A stretch of 60,151 nt of DNA, from the IMG/VR virus record IMGVR_UViG_3300008113_000221, positions 1 to 60,151 of that record. The stretch is one strand, 5' to 3'. This stretch comes from a virus (Duplodnaviria > Caudoviricetes). The notes under the pieces are model-generated. The model saw only the letters and a list, made by a program, of their open reading frames with translations, ran no database searches and was not told where the DNA came from. Made by a program: the position numbers and the translations under genes. This document shows, in pieces, positions 16,659 through 28,400 of this stretch (positions within the stretch are counted from its first letter, which is position 1; every line of letters begins with the position of its first letter).

Positions 16659-17708
16659 CTAATGTAATATATGGGTAAATCTGGCTATTTGTCCGTGCTC
16701 TGGGTGGTGGACAAATGCTTCTACCGCCTTTGGGGCATGCTGATACCCATTCTTGTGATGCCAACCGTCTGTTCCAGAAGGAGACCTCATAGACTCAACC
16801 GTTACGCTCATGTAATCCCTTGACCTTTTATGGTGGATATGGTGGGTGTAAAAGTACCTATTCCTACACTCTGCCCAATATGGACTCTCGTGAGCCATAA
16901 GCATTGGTAAGTCGGCTTCTTTTGCTCCGTCTCCATGCGTTGTTCCTATAATGTTATTATGGTATCTAAAGTACTTTCTATGGGCCGGGCTTACATCAAA
17001 GGTTACGTTAGCGTTCTTATAGAACCAAGCCTCTATAGTCTGGGCAAGGTAGAATCCACTGGTATAATCATGGTTAGATGGGTTGTACTGTACATGAACT
17101 GGAGCTACTTGAACAAGTAGTTCTATGCATCTTGTTATAAGGTTCTGTGCCATCTTAAAGGCATCGTACCACATTAAGCTGACATCTTGCTTAGTTCCTC
17201 CTGTAGTTGTATTAGCAGGATTATCTACGTGCAATATATCATTTCCTATGACAAGAAGAATCTTGTCAATCTCAAAGCCACTAGAACGTGAAATAAGCCC
17301 ATTTACGGCCTCCATTACTCTGGCAAATGCTATGTCATGGTTATACTCGTCTCCGGTCTCTATGGAGCTCGCTAGCTTTCCTATATGTATATCAGCAGGG
17401 TCTATTACAAGAAGGTGCTTACTTTTGTATTTTGGGTATACAAGCTTGGGGTATATTGGGGCGTAGAGCTGAATCTCCTCTATGATATTGCTAAATATAG
17501 AATCAAAGCCAATCTTATTATTTGATACGTTTATTGAGAATCTTTCGCTCTTATGCCAGTAATAGTTGACATCTTCATAGGGTATCCCCTTCTCTTCACA
17601 TTCTTTCTTAAGCGCTTCATGGTTCCTCTTTTCTTGTCTATACCTATTAACAATATCCATCTCGTCTTTATCAAGACGTGGCCTAACTAAGCTTTTCTTT
17701 TTAGACAT
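16659..17708 (-). CDS. calcineurin-like metallophosphoesterase
   Basis: DIH, GNDILHVD, NHD, HGD and HIHH motifs. Confidence 0.85.
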   Translation of the reverse strand: MSKKKSLVRPRLDKDEMDIVNRYRQEKRNHEALKKECEEKGIPYEDVNYYWHKSERFSINVSNNKIGFDSIFSNIIEEIQLYAPIYPKLVYPKYKSKHLLVIDPADIHIGKLASSIETGDEYNHDIAFARVMEAVNGLISRSSGFEIDKILLVIGNDILHVDNPANTTTGGTKQDVSLMWYDAFKMAQNLITRCIELLVQVAPVHVQYNPSNHDYTSGFYLAQTIEAWFYKNANVTFDVSPAHRKYFRYHNNIIGTTHGDGAKEADLPMLMAHESPYWAECRNRYFYTHHIHHKRSRDYMSVTVESMRSPSGTDGWHHKNGYQHAPKAVEAFVHHPEHGQIARFTHILH

Positions 17709-17732
17709 TTAAGTTGTATTGGTTAAGAGATG

Positions 17733-18059
17733 CTAGCAGAACTTGAATATTGCTTTTTTATACAGCTCGGTAACTTTTCTGGTAAAGGGCTTTGGTGGGT
17801 GATACTCCCCTATGATAGTGTTATATAATGCAAATACTAAATCATCAAGGTCTATGACGTAAAAGTCTCCAACCTCGCATCTGCCACCTATAAACAACCC
17901 ATTCTCTATAACAATATCTTCTATATGGGCTACGTAATCATCAGTGCTTCTTCCTTCTACTGGGATATATCCAGTATGATACATTGTCCATACAGCACGC
18001 TTTACCTCATTACTATACGGAGAGTTATATATTATATCATATACTATTTGCTCTTTCAA
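17733..18059 (-). CDS. hypothetical protein
   Basis: ORF track. Confidence 0.65.
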   Translation of the reverse strand: MKEQIVYDIIYNSPYSNEVKRAVWTMYHTGYIPVEGRSTDDYVAHIEDIVIENGLFIGGRCEVGDFYVIDLDDLVFALYNTIIGEYHPPKPFTRKVTELYKKAIFKFC

Positions 18060-18655
18060 GATAGTAGGCTATTAAATGTATTAAACTTGCTCTGGCGGTC
18101 TGCCAGCCCATGAGTTCCGCCATTTACACGCTTTGTTACAGCAAGAACAACATCTTCTCCTGCTCCTTTATCGCATATATCCCATAGCTTATTCTTGTCA
18201 AAAAACCATGCAGCTGAAGTAAGCGGATACTTGTCTGATACTAAATCTGGATTAGCCACACAATCCTCGCCTATAAATGTAGAGAAAGCCTTGTAATTAT
18301 CCTTGCCTGTCAATTGGATAAACCCTCTTCCACGAAACTTAAATCCATCTCCACTTGCCTCATCTCCATTGCCCATCCTGCTTGCATATACCCTATTGGC
18401 TATCTTCTCTGGTTGACGTGCATATTTGTCGGCAGTAGCCTTGTCTTTAAAGTATTTAGGAAACACCTTGAGTAAAGAATCAGCTGAATAATTTAAGTTC
18501 TCTTTTAAGAATTTAAAGTTCCCAGACTCATGAGCAACCTGTGCTAAGAAGTGAGCAAGCCTGATAGGTTTACTAATAGAAAACTTTTCCATTACAGAAG
18601 GAAGCTCAGATGATACAGATACAGGTATCTTTAATACTAAATTGCTTGTATTCAT
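18056..18655 (-). CDS. endolysin, glycoside hydrolase family 19
   Basis: AHFLAQVAHESGNF...ENLNYS...FRGRGFIQLTGKDNY...TKRVNGG. Confidence 0.92.
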   Translation of the reverse strand: MNTSNLVLKIPVSVSSELPSVMEKFSISKPIRLAHFLAQVAHESGNFKFLKENLNYSADSLLKVFPKYFKDKATADKYARQPEKIANRVYASRMGNGDEASGDGFKFRGRGFIQLTGKDNYKAFSTFIGEDCVANPDLVSDKYPLTSAAWFFDKNKLWDICDKGAGEDVVLAVTKRVNGGTHGLADRQSKFNTFNSLLS

Positions 18656-18674
18656 GGTCTTCTAGTTTATAGGA

Positions 18675-18917
18675 TTACTTGCTATTATATTTCCACTCTA
18701 GATAAGAAACTCTCTTTGTAAGGCTTATAATCTTTGCTCCGATAACGCTGTCTCTTTTCATATATATGCTATCACGAACACGCATGCCATCATTAATTGA
18801 CTTTACGGTAAGCGTATCCATGCTTGAAGATTTCTGCATGTATACAAAAAATCCTATCAACATAAATATTGATATAATCAATAGCGCCATTTCGTTGTTG
18901 CTTATCTTATTTGTCAT
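18675..18917 (-). CDS. single-transmembrane protein (lysis cassette)
   Basis: N-terminal hydrophobic helix. Confidence 0.65.
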   Translation of the reverse strand: MTNKISNNEMALLIISIFMLIGFFVYMQKSSSMDTLTVKSINDGMRVRDSIYMKRDSVIGAKIISLTKRVSYLEWKYNSK

Positions 18918-19089
18918 CTCCTGTTATTTTCTTTATTGAAGAAGCCATTGCCCCAAAGAGTACGCTGACAAAAGCTATCAAAAGCTCCCTGTTCTCCTGC
19001 GGCATCTCCTTTTCCATAAGCATCATGAATATGCCAACGGCAACAGCTATTACAAGCAAAGAGCCAATAAATCCCCAAACATTATTCAT
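18907..19089 (-). CDS. holin-like protein with two transmembrane segments
   Basis: Two hydrophobic segments; ATG19089. Confidence 0.6.
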   Translation of the reverse strand: MNNVWGFIGSLLVIAVAVGIFMMLMEKEMPQENRELLIAFVSVLFGAMASSIKKITGDDK

Positions 19090-19315
19090 CTTTACCTTTT
19101 TTAAATATTTTTTCAGCCGCTGATATCCCAAGCGCAGCAGCGCTTAGAGCAGCTACGGAATATACTAATGCCTCGGAAGGCTCATTTTGAGTATCATGAT
19201 TAGCATACAGCGTATAGCACAATGCAACAGCTGATACTACCCCTACAAGCCTCTTGCTTGACGCTTCTCCGTTCTCTGATAGAAAACCTTTAGCCCATTC
19301 AAAAAACTTTTTCAT
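19082..19315 (-). CDS. holin-like protein with two transmembrane segments
   Basis: SSKRLVG motif, two hydrophobic segments, basic C-terminus. Confidence 0.7.
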   Translation of the reverse strand: MKKFFEWAKGFLSENGEASSKRLVGVVSAVALCYTLYANHDTQNEPSEALVYSVAALSAAALGISAAEKIFKKGKDE

Positions 19316-19319
19316 ATAA

Positions 19320-19622
19320 TTATTTTTCTATTGCTTTTTTAGTTCCAAAATAATAGCTGAAAATCATTAAAATCAAAGTCTTTATTAGGTCAAATAATTC
19401 CTTGTCTTGCCCATCGCTCAATAATGATAGTTTAAATGCTACAGTCTTGTCAGCTACATAAACTCCAACAAGTGCGGTAAATACAAGTAATATAAACCGC
19501 ACAAGTATCTCTTGAGTTTGATTAATAAATAGCCTGCTTACATACCATATTGAGCCCATTATAACTCCCAGAGACAATAAAACGCCCAAAATCATTATAT
19601 ACAAATTACTGCTACTAAACAT
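19320..19622 (-). CDS. holin-like protein with three transmembrane segments
   Basis: Three hydrophobic segments, C-terminal SYYFGTK. Confidence 0.6.
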   Translation of the reverse strand: MFSSSNLYIMILGVLLSLGVIMGSIWYVSRLFINQTQEILVRFILLVFTALVGVYVADKTVAFKLSLLSDGQDKELFDLIKTLILMIFSYYFGTKKAIEK

Positions 19623-19632
19623 TATGAAGCGT

Positions 19633-19902
19633 TTATTTCTTTTTATTTTTCTGAACAAATCTTCTGGCCTGCTCTACATTGTCAAATCCCCAAGCCTTAA
19701 ACGCAAGAGCTTTCCTTGTAGGCTCCCCATTAGGCTTCTTCATGTCTCCTTTCATGCCAAGAAACCTCGCAGCAAAAGACACCCTTCTCGGATTATCTCC
19801 AGACTTAACTGGTGGCTTTAGATTAGCACCTTCCGTACGCTTGAAGTATTCTCTTCCCGCCTTCGTAAGTCCGCCTTCTGGATTCTTATGCTCTTTTCTC
19901 AT
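19633..19902 (-). CDS. basic phage protein (DUF6321-like)
   Basis: KNPEGGLTKAGR...NLKPPV...RRVSFAARF. Confidence 0.7.
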   Translation of the reverse strand: MRKEHKNPEGGLTKAGREYFKRTEGANLKPPVKSGDNPRRVSFAARFLGMKGDMKKPNGEPTRKALAFKAWGFDNVEQARRFVQKNKKK

Positions 19903-19905
19903 GGC

Positions 19906-20493
19906 TTATAGTTTTATAAGTACATTACCCCTGATGACAGGAACTCCATTTATAACTCCAGCGCCTATGCCGTACAGCCTTCTGCTTGGAGTTTCCATAA
20001 ATAAGTTGATATTAGCATCGTATACCCCTCTTCCAGCGCCTGCTCCAAATCCCCAAAAAAAGGTAGTCTTAAACTTCTCTTTTAGGTATATCTTGTCTGT
20101 TATTGTTTTAGAGTATATAGATGCTGAATACTTTCTTGAAAGTATCTTATTTTGACTTACACTATCTGTTATGTAAACGTGTCCACTGTCAAGGCCAAGT
20201 GTATCCTTGTATACAGATATGGTATAGAAGTCCCTAATTATGATAGCTGTATCTACTGGCTCTGTAATGGCTACGTATATTACCGTATCCTTACGTATAC
20301 CTTTGCCAGCCTTATAAACTACTGTATCTTTTCTTATGTATTGTGTATCTGTTATGGTCTTTATAACCTCATACTTCTTGCCATCTACCTTTACTGACTT
20401 GTCATCTTTACGGCATCCGTCAAAATAATTAACACAGAATACCCCAAGAAGGAATGAGAGTAAGCTGAATATGTAAACTTTTGCATTGTTCAC
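19906..20493 (-). CDS. membrane-anchored protein, spanin-like candidate
   Basis: N-terminal transmembrane segment, DT[VI] repeats, C-terminal Gly/aromatic beta strands; lies in the lysis cassette. Confidence 0.55.
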   Translation of the reverse strand: MNNAKVYIFSLLSFLLGVFCVNYFDGCRKDDKSVKVDGKKYEVIKTITDTQYIRKDTVVYKAGKGIRKDTVIYVAITEPVDTAIIIRDFYTISVYKDTLGLDSGHVYITDSVSQNKILSRKYSASIYSKTITDKIYLKEKFKTTFFWGFGAGAGRGVYDANINLFMETPSRRLYGIGAGVINGVPVIRGNVLIKL

Positions 20494-20774
20494 TTTGGTA
20501 CACTACTATATATTTTTATCAAAACCTCTATTGTAAGCCCTATAGCCACTATAGCTGATACAGTATACAATATCCTTTTTCTAAAGTCTTTAAGTTCTTG
20601 CATATCCGCCTCAAACTTCTCAAGTCTTTTTACAAGACCATCTGATTTTACAAGTGGATTACCGACTAAGGCATCCACTACATACGACAACTTCTTATCT
20701 ATCTCATCTAGCTTTTCTTCCATTTCATCTAGTCTATTTTCCATCTTCTGAAGGTGGATTTCTGTAGGTTCCAT
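20490..20774 (-). CDS. coiled-coil protein with a C-terminal transmembrane segment
   Basis: Heptad pattern followed by a hydrophobic helix. Confidence 0.7.
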   Translation of the reverse strand: MEPTEIHLQKMENRLDEMEEKLDEIDKKLSYVVDALVGNPLVKSDGLVKRLEKFEADMQELKDFRKRILYTVSAIVAIGLTIEVLIKIYSSVPK

Positions 20775-20800
20775 TTACATTTGGTTAAGTCATTAATTAA

Positions 20801-20808
20801 CAAATATA
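20801..20808 (-). promoter_or_regulatory. TAnnTTTG -7 element (lysis operon)
   Basis: TATATTTG on the minus strand. Confidence 0.65.
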
Positions 20809-20825
20809 ACACTTTATTTTTATAG

Positions 20826-20854
20826 CAAAATAGCCCTCCATATAGGAGAGCTAT
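20826..20854 (-). terminator. putative terminator hairpin
   Basis: ATAGC-CCTCC-ATATA-GGAG-A-GCTAT with a short U run on the minus strand. Confidence 0.45.
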
Positions 20855-20878
20855 CCGTAAAATTACGTATAATTTTAA

Positions 20879-21316
20879 TTACATTTCTACAACTACAGCG
20901 TCTTCGGAATCGTCATCCGACTCTTCTTCTGGAGCTTTAATACCTTCTACCCATCCATTTAGGAATAAGTAATTTTCAAGTCCTTCTGTAGAGAATGTGA
21001 GCTGATAGAACTCAAACTCTTTATTAAGGAGTTCTTTGATTTCAGCATTCATCTTCTTAGTACCTTCCTTAGAGTACTTATATCCCCCCTTCTCATCTGT
21101 AAGAAGTGAGCCGTTAGCGTCAACATTAGCATTATCAAGACGAATGTCTTCTAGCTTTTCATTGTACTCGTCAAGGTTTTTCTGAATCTTTTTAGCTATC
21201 TTTTCAAGCTTCTTTCCAGCCTTAGACGAAAGGATAGTTTTGTCAGACATGAGGAGGTTTAGCCCCCTTGTTAATACCAATAGGTCTTGGTAGCTCTTTG
21301 TTACTTTCTGTGACAT
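20879..21316 (-). CDS. hypothetical tail-region protein
   Basis: ORF track. Confidence 0.75.
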   Translation of the reverse strand: MSQKVTKSYQDLLVLTRGLNLLMSDKTILSSKAGKKLEKIAKKIQKNLDEYNEKLEDIRLDNANVDANGSLLTDEKGGYKYSKEGTKKMNAEIKELLNKEFEFYQLTFSTEGLENYLFLNGWVEGIKAPEEESDDDSEDAVVVEM

Positions 21317-21333
21317 AGTTATTTATTTAGATA

Positions 21334-21341
21334 CAAATATA
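21334..21341 (-). promoter_or_regulatory. TAnnTTTG -7 element
   Basis: TATATTTG on the minus strand. Confidence 0.65.
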
Positions 21342-21388
21342 CAAAAAGCCCGTAAAAACAAGCTTTCTGTATACTTTTTTTCTAAATA

Positions 21389-21742
21389 TTATGCCTGTGG
21401 CTCAGAAGGAGTTTCTTCTACTTGTGGCTCTACCACCTCTGGAAGCGGTTCTGGAGTTGGCTCAGGAGTTGGTTCTGGGGCTGGAGGAACAGGTACGTTA
21501 TCTACCACTATCCAAGGGGCAGCAGCAAGAATGTCATCAATAAGAACTTGGTCAGAATCAGTCCACTGTGCCAAAACTTCTTGGCTGAAGCTGTAATTAC
21601 CATCTTTTAGATTAGTTCCTTTTTCGTCTTGGATTGCCCAATAAGACCAACCGCTTGGATACTGAACGTAAAAATAACCTTTAACTGCTTCTACGTTAAT
21701 AAACGGAAGCGAAGGATTTAACTGAAATTCAATGTTTGTCAT
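21389..21742 (-). CDS. putative tail-fibre assembly protein with a Pro/Glu tail
   Basis: Downstream of the fibre genes; GNYSF...WTDSD motif; PEPT repeats. Confidence 0.55.
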   Translation of the reverse strand: MTNIEFQLNPSLPFINVEAVKGYFYVQYPSGWSYWAIQDEKGTNLKDGNYSFSQEVLAQWTDSDQVLIDDILAAAPWIVVDNVPVPPAPEPTPEPTPEPLPEVVEPQVEETPSEPQA

Positions 21743-21754
21743 ATTATATTTGCT

Positions 21755-22447
21755 TTAATTATTGAAAAATTGAAAGAATCCTCCATTATTACCTCCACCA
21801 ACTACCCAATCAAGAAACACATACCCTGCTGCTCCAGAACCACCATTATACCCCCCGAAAGAGGTAACTCTTGAACCACCTCCTGCGCCACCATAAACAC
21901 TGCCTCCTGTTCCTGAGCCATCGGTAGTTGTTCTACCATTACCACCTGCTCCACCATTTAATGTTTTAGCAGCACCTCCTGTAGCACCACTTGCGCTATT
22001 ACCTGTTCCTGTAGAACCTGCTCCACCACCACCACCTCCTCCAGAAGTTGTTGCAGAACTACCTGCTGCACCATTACCACCTGCATACACAGTGTCTCCT
22101 ATTGAGCCTGTTGTAGTTCCTGTTGGAGCAGTACCACTGCCGCCACCAATTACAGGAGGAGCCCCTGCTCCACCTTTAGCAATTACTGTTCCTGTCGTGC
22201 TAAACCAACTATCCCCCCCACTTGATGATGAACTACCTCCACCTCCAACTGTTACAGTATATGTTGTGCCTGCTGTTACAGATACTACTTTTTTTGCATA
22301 AGCTCCACCTGCACCACCACCACTGTATGAACCAGCACCATTTACTGTTCCTCCACCACCTCCACCACCCCAACACTCTACTGTTACCGATGTAACACCT
22401 GCAGGTGCGGTCCATGTTCCTGTTGTAGTAAAAGCTTGTGTAGGCAT
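21755..22447 (-). CDS. glycine-rich virion/fibre-associated protein
   Basis: FTTTGTWTAPAGVTSVTVECWGGGGGG...GAAGYV glycine-rich domain. Confidence 0.8.
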   Translation of the reverse strand: MPTQAFTTTGTWTAPAGVTSVTVECWGGGGGGGTVNGAGSYSGGGAGGAYAKKVVSVTAGTTYTVTVGGGGSSSSSGGDSWFSTTGTVIAKGGAGAPPVIGGGSGTAPTGTTTGSIGDTVYAGGNGAAGSSATTSGGGGGGGAGSTGTGNSASGATGGAAKTLNGGAGGNGRTTTDGSGTGGSVYGGAGGGSRVTSFGGYNGGSGAAGYVFLDWVVGGGNNGGFFQFFNN

Positions 22448-22448
22448 A

Positions 22449-25400
22449 TTATGAAATTACGGGAAAGTTATTTAAGAATGCTATCAAATCCCATCTGCTA
22501 TCTGTGCTATTCCAAATAAAACCAAGATACATTGTTTTACCTAATATAGTTGTTGTAGGAAGAGCTAAGTCTGAAGATGCCCTATATGCACCTGATGAAC
22601 CTGTTGTCCAAGTTATAGCCCTTGCAGTACCATTATCTTTTATTCTTATGAGTAATTTCTGACCATTTACAAATGTCCCTGTAGGTGATGCTACTGATAG
22701 AGCAGCAGCCTGAGCTGTTATTGTAAATGTATCACCACTTGCAAGGTTTGGAGTAAGTGTTGCAGTTGATGCTGTATTTGTAGTTGTAGGCTTAAGAACA
22801 TTGTAATTTACTCCACCTGAGAATGTACCTTCTCCTAACCCATTAACTCTAAATCTTACTGTACCATTAGTGGATAAATCTATTAAATTAAATGCACTAC
22901 TACCTACAACTAAAGTAGTTCCTTGAATTAAATTACCTGTATACGTAACAATATCATTTGAGTTTACTTGCAAACCTGCAGACGATGTTGAGTTTTGATT
23001 GATTACTATTCTACCATTTTGGAATAACCCATTCCCACTTATTTGTAAGCGGTCTGCACCATTATCGGTTGTAGTGCCGATGAGTACGTTGCCACCACTT
23101 GTGATACGCATACGTTCGCTTCCACCAACTTCAAACAAAAACGGAGTACCGCCTATTGCTCTAATAACCGCAGCACCACCACCAGCAGCATTCAAATTTA
23201 AATAGCTCGTATACGCTCCAGCCGAAGATGATAATACTATACCTACATCGCTACTTGTATTAACGTGCAATGGAGCACTTGGCGAGGTAGTACCTACACC
23301 AACGTTACCGCCTTGTTTTATTACTAATCTATAAGCTGTATCATAAAAGAAAAAGTCATTGGTAGCACTTGCAAATGCTCCTTCATTACCAATAACCCAC
23401 CTTTCGGTTGAATTATTAAATGATAAATATGCATTAGTATTAGTTCCTGTCCCTTCAGATATTGTTACTTTTCTTGTTGGAGATACAGTTCCAAAACCTA
23501 CCCTATTATTAGCAGCATCTACAAACAACGTATTGGTATCTACTGTTAAGTTACCTGTGATGTTAGCACTTGCTGCCGTTACACTACTTGAGAATGTGGC
23601 TGCACCTGTTGAGGCTATGGTTAATCTTGTTGTAGTAACACCTGAATCACCATAATCTATTGTTAAGTTACCTGCACTATTTCTAAATCTATAATCTCCA
23701 TAAGCATCAGCACCCCACGTTGCATTCGTTCCACGCATCATTTCTATATCAACAACAGGAGTAGTGTTGGTAGAAGCGTGAACACAAAGTAATGCATTGC
23801 CGCTTTTTACTATTGATAAATTATCCGTAAACCTACCCGTACCATTTACATCAAGTTTATATCCTGCGTCTGTAGCTGTGCCTACTGCTAAATTACCATT
23901 AGCAAATAACGTCATAGCTTGTGTAAAGCTGATTGCGTTACCTGCCGTTCCTGAAGGAGCTTGATACCAAACATATTGACCACTATCATTTAATCCATAT
24001 AATTGTGCATATCCATTAGCAATATATTTGTTGCCTGAATTATAATATATGTTATGACCTAAATAAGTTGATGGAGATGAATATAAAGAACTTAAAGAAC
24101 CTACTTGTAATACTTTAAATGTACTCCACGCACTTGGTGTTACTCCTAAACCTAAATTGCCTGAAGCGTCATTAATTAAATTACTATTCCCTATTGTACT
24201 TGTACCTGTAAACTTAGGAAGGTAGTTAGTTGTTCCTGTGCCTGTAACAGGGTTAGTTAAAGCATTCTGTTTGCTATTAAATGTTGTCCAATCTGCACTA
24301 CTTAATGCACCTCTGTTTGTGGCAGATGCTGTTGGTAAATTGAAAGTGTGAGTGCTCGTTGCTGATGATATTGCAAAATCAGTTCCTGCTGTACCCACTG
24401 CAAATGTCTGTGTTGCTGCAGTCAATCCATTAAGTGATGTAATGGCAGCACTTATATATGTAGGAGTAAAAAATTCATAAGCAGTGTTACCTGCATTTCT
24501 CCTTAAAAGTTGACTTGCTGTTCCTGCAACAGCAGTTACAGCAGAGGTGGCATTACCAATTAACACACCCGTAAGTGTTGTTGCTCCCGTACCGCCTCTA
24601 CCAACGGCTAATGAACCTGTCCACCCAACAGTAATTGATGCAGCACGAAGTAAAGCTGTTGCAGCTGTACCACCAAGTGTTAAGGTGACATTTGTATCGT
24701 CAGTCTTTGTTAATGCTGCTCCTGTTATATCAGAACCTGCAATAGTAGCCCAAGATGGAGCTGCTGATACTGTACCCGTACCTGTCTGAGATAAAAATTG
24801 CTTTGCAGTTGTAATGTTTCCTGCAAGTCTTGTAGCAGCACCGGCAGCAACACCATATATGACATCACCAAGCGTTGTCATTGGATTGGCAAACCCAACG
24901 TAGTTTGGTATATTAAGCGTTGCACCAACTAAAGTTGCAGCACCTGAAGTTCCTGTTGTTGTTAGTGTAATAGCATTCTGCTTACTATTGAATGTAGTCC
25001 AATCAGCACTACTCAATGCACCTCTGTTTGTAGCTGATGCTGTAGGTACGTTTAATGTTATAACAGGTGTTGTTGTTCCTGTTGCTACTGTTGAACTTAA
25101 ATCTGTTCCTGTAGTTCCTAAAGTTAAAGCTGCAACAGAAGTAACTGTACCCACGCTGAATGTTCTGTTTGCACTTAAATCTTGGGCAGTACCGTTAATC
25201 GTTATTGTTCTTGTTGTAGGTACACCACCTAATCCGCTTAGTGTGTATGTAGGAACATTAAGAGTAGCCCCCACTAAAGTAGACGAACCACTTGCACCCG
25301 TTGTAGTTAGTGTTATTGCATTTTGCTTACTATTAAATGTTGTCCAATCCGTACTACTCAATGCACCTCTGTTAGTTGCAGATGCCGTTGGTATATTTAA

Positions 25401-28400
25401 AGTTATTACAGGAGTAGTTGTGCCGTTTGCAACAGTTGAACTTATATCCGTTCCCGTTGTACCTATCGTTAAAGCTGCAACACTTGTTACCGTTCCTACA
25501 CTCCATGTCCTATTAGCAGACAAATCATAAGATGTACCGTTAATGGTTAATGTCGTAGTTGCAGAAGCGCCTCCAAGGCCATTAAGTGTATATGTTGGAA
25601 CATTAAGAGTTGAGCCAACTAATGTTGAAGAGCCACTTGCACCTGTTGTAGTTAAACTAAGTGTATTTTGTTTATTGTTAAAAGTTGTCCAATCGGTACT
25701 ACTCAAATAACCATTTGTACTGCCACTTGATTGTGATATTGAGATTGTATTCCCACTAACAGAAATAGGTGCAGTACCAAAATACACACCAGAACCAATC
25801 TGTGAGAATGAAATATATGTTGTTCCTATTGTAATAGGAGTAGAAGCAGGATTACAATGCCATTGGGTATTTGATAAAGTAGAACCACTACTTATACTCA
25901 ATGTCGCTTCAGATAGTTCTGATGATGCATTGGCATCCGCAGACCTTGTAAGTATAAATGGACTTGAGCCATCTCCTGCTTGTGTAACTACATAAATACC
26001 GTTATTAGGGGTTAGTGTACTTGTTTCATTTTTTACTAAAACCCTATTTCCTGCAACCAGTGCAACTCCATCTGTAGTTGCTGAAGGTATTGCACCATTA
26101 ACTGAGCCAGTCAATATTTGACCAGAACCAGTTACCGCATAAGAAGGTAAGGCAGCAACAGTACCTGCATTTGCAGATTGTTTCCAGTCAATACCATTAG
26201 CCAAGTTGTCTACATAATCCTTTGTGGCTGCACCAAGCCCGCTAACAGGGTCTGCATTTAATATTAGATATCCCGTCATTGTATCGCCCGCCTTGTTAAC
26301 AGGAGTGTATCCAAGAACAGTGGGAATAGTTGCACTCTTCCATAGGCTTAATGTAGTATCACGGTAAAGCACACCATTATTTACATAAGGGGCTGGAGCT
26401 ACGTCATGTAATTCTTCAAGCTCATAACCATTATCTATCTTAACGTATATCTTACCGTTATTAGCATGTGCATATTCTACATATCCAATAATAACAGTAT
26501 GCTGAGGTGCTACTGGCTTTATATTTGTAATTGCTCCGGGCGTTGTTGGACTTAGGTAAAGAATAGTTCCATCAACCCAAGTTTCACCCTGAAGGCTACC
26601 TGTTGTATTTATATCTGTAATAGCTCCAATATTCACAATAAACCCTTCCTGATTAGTTGATATGTTTTCACATACTAATCCAAGGGTAGACGCACTATTT
26701 GCGTCATTATTTGCTTGAGCTAAAGAAACAGCAAGTCTTTGTCCTTGCGCTCCTGCCACTTTTACTACCTTATAATCTGCTCTAAGCAAGTTAGTGGCTG
26801 TACTATTTCTTACTCTTGCAATAACACTCTGCCCAATAGGAACACTATACGTATTGCCCTTGACAGACAGGCGAACTGTGCCATCCGTATTATCCCACCA
26901 CATTACTCCTTCAGCAGAAGGAATGTTACTGCTTGATGGATTATATCTAACAAAGTCAGTAATCAAACCATAGGTTCCGAGGTCAACATCTTGTGTTGCG
27001 CCCGTATACGGAACGTATCCTGTTAATGCTGAACCATAGTTAGGTATATTTAATGTATTCCCAATAAGAGTAGATACACCACTTGTCCCTGTTGTAGTTA
27101 ATGTTATTGTACCTTGCTTATTATTAAAAGTATTCCAGTCCGTAGAGCTTAAATATCCGTCTGTTGTAGTCGTAGACTGTGTTATTCCTATAGTTCCGCT
27201 GCCCGTTATCGTACCTCCAGTTATTGGGCCGCTTGTAGCAATACTTGTAACCGTTCCTACAGACCAGCTCCTATTTGCTGATAAATCATAAGAAGTGCCA
27301 TTGATGGTAAGTGTTCTTGACGTAGGAACATATCCAGAAAGGTCTGGAGAGTATATTGGTATGTTTAATGTGTTCCCTATAAACGTAGCAGCCCCACTAC
27401 TTCCTGTAGTAGTTAGAGTTATTGCTCCTTGTTTTGAATTAAAAACAGACCAGTCTGAGCTTGACAGAGCACCTCTGTTTGAAGCAGAAGCTGTTGGTAT
27501 ATTCAGTGTTATTGCTGGAGTAGTAGTAGCGTTTGCTACAGAGCTATTTATATCTGTTCCTGTAGTTCCAGTAGCAAAGCTGACAGACGTAACAGTTCCA
27601 AGAGGATTTGCTGCCCATGACAATATATTACCATCAGTAGTTAAGAACTTCCCAGCATTTCCTGTTTGTGTTGGAAAATTAGATACCCAAGTATATGCGT
27701 CATCCCAGTTGCTCTGCTTAACATTTGTTGGCAAAGAGTATCCAGATGCGAATGATAACGCCAAAGTTCCTGCTCCCGTAACAGGATTTCCGCCTACAGA
27801 AAATCCAGTAGGAACAGACATGTCTACAGAAGTTACTGTGCCAACGCTCCACGACCTATTAGCAGATAGGTCATATGTTGTTCCATTAATAGTTATTGTC
27901 CTTGATGTAGGCACATAGCCAGAAAGGTCTGGAGTATATATAGGAATATTTAATGTTCCTCCAATAAGTGTTGCGGCGCCAGAAGTTCCTGTTGTGGTAA
28001 GCGTTATGGCCGCTTGCTTTGAATTAAAAACGCTCCAGTCTGTAGCGCTTAAATACCCATCGGTAGACGAACTTGCTTGGCTTATTCCTATTGTTCCAGA
28101 GCCAGTTATAGTACCCCCTGTTAAAGGCCCAGATGTAGACACACTTGTTACAGTACCTACACTCCACGACCTATTCGCTGACAAATCATAGGTAGTTCCA
28201 TTTATAGTAAGAGTCCTTGAAGATGGAACAGACCCATTTGTATCCATAATTCTTTCCCACCTACCAGTAGCAACTCCTGTAACTTGCAGATAATCCACTC
28301 CGTCATCAGCCGTAGTGCTTGACGGATTCCACCAGAATACACCTCCGCTATTATCGCCCTCTGAACTTAGTCCAGTAGCATAGAATAGAGTACTTATATT

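Noticed and set aside
21425-21490. PEPTPEPT tandem repeat
   Set aside because: Ordinary low-complexity protein tail.
22999-28191. Long + strand ORFs opposite the fibre gene
   Set aside because: Antisense shadows of a Thr/Gly/Ser-rich gene, with no start context.
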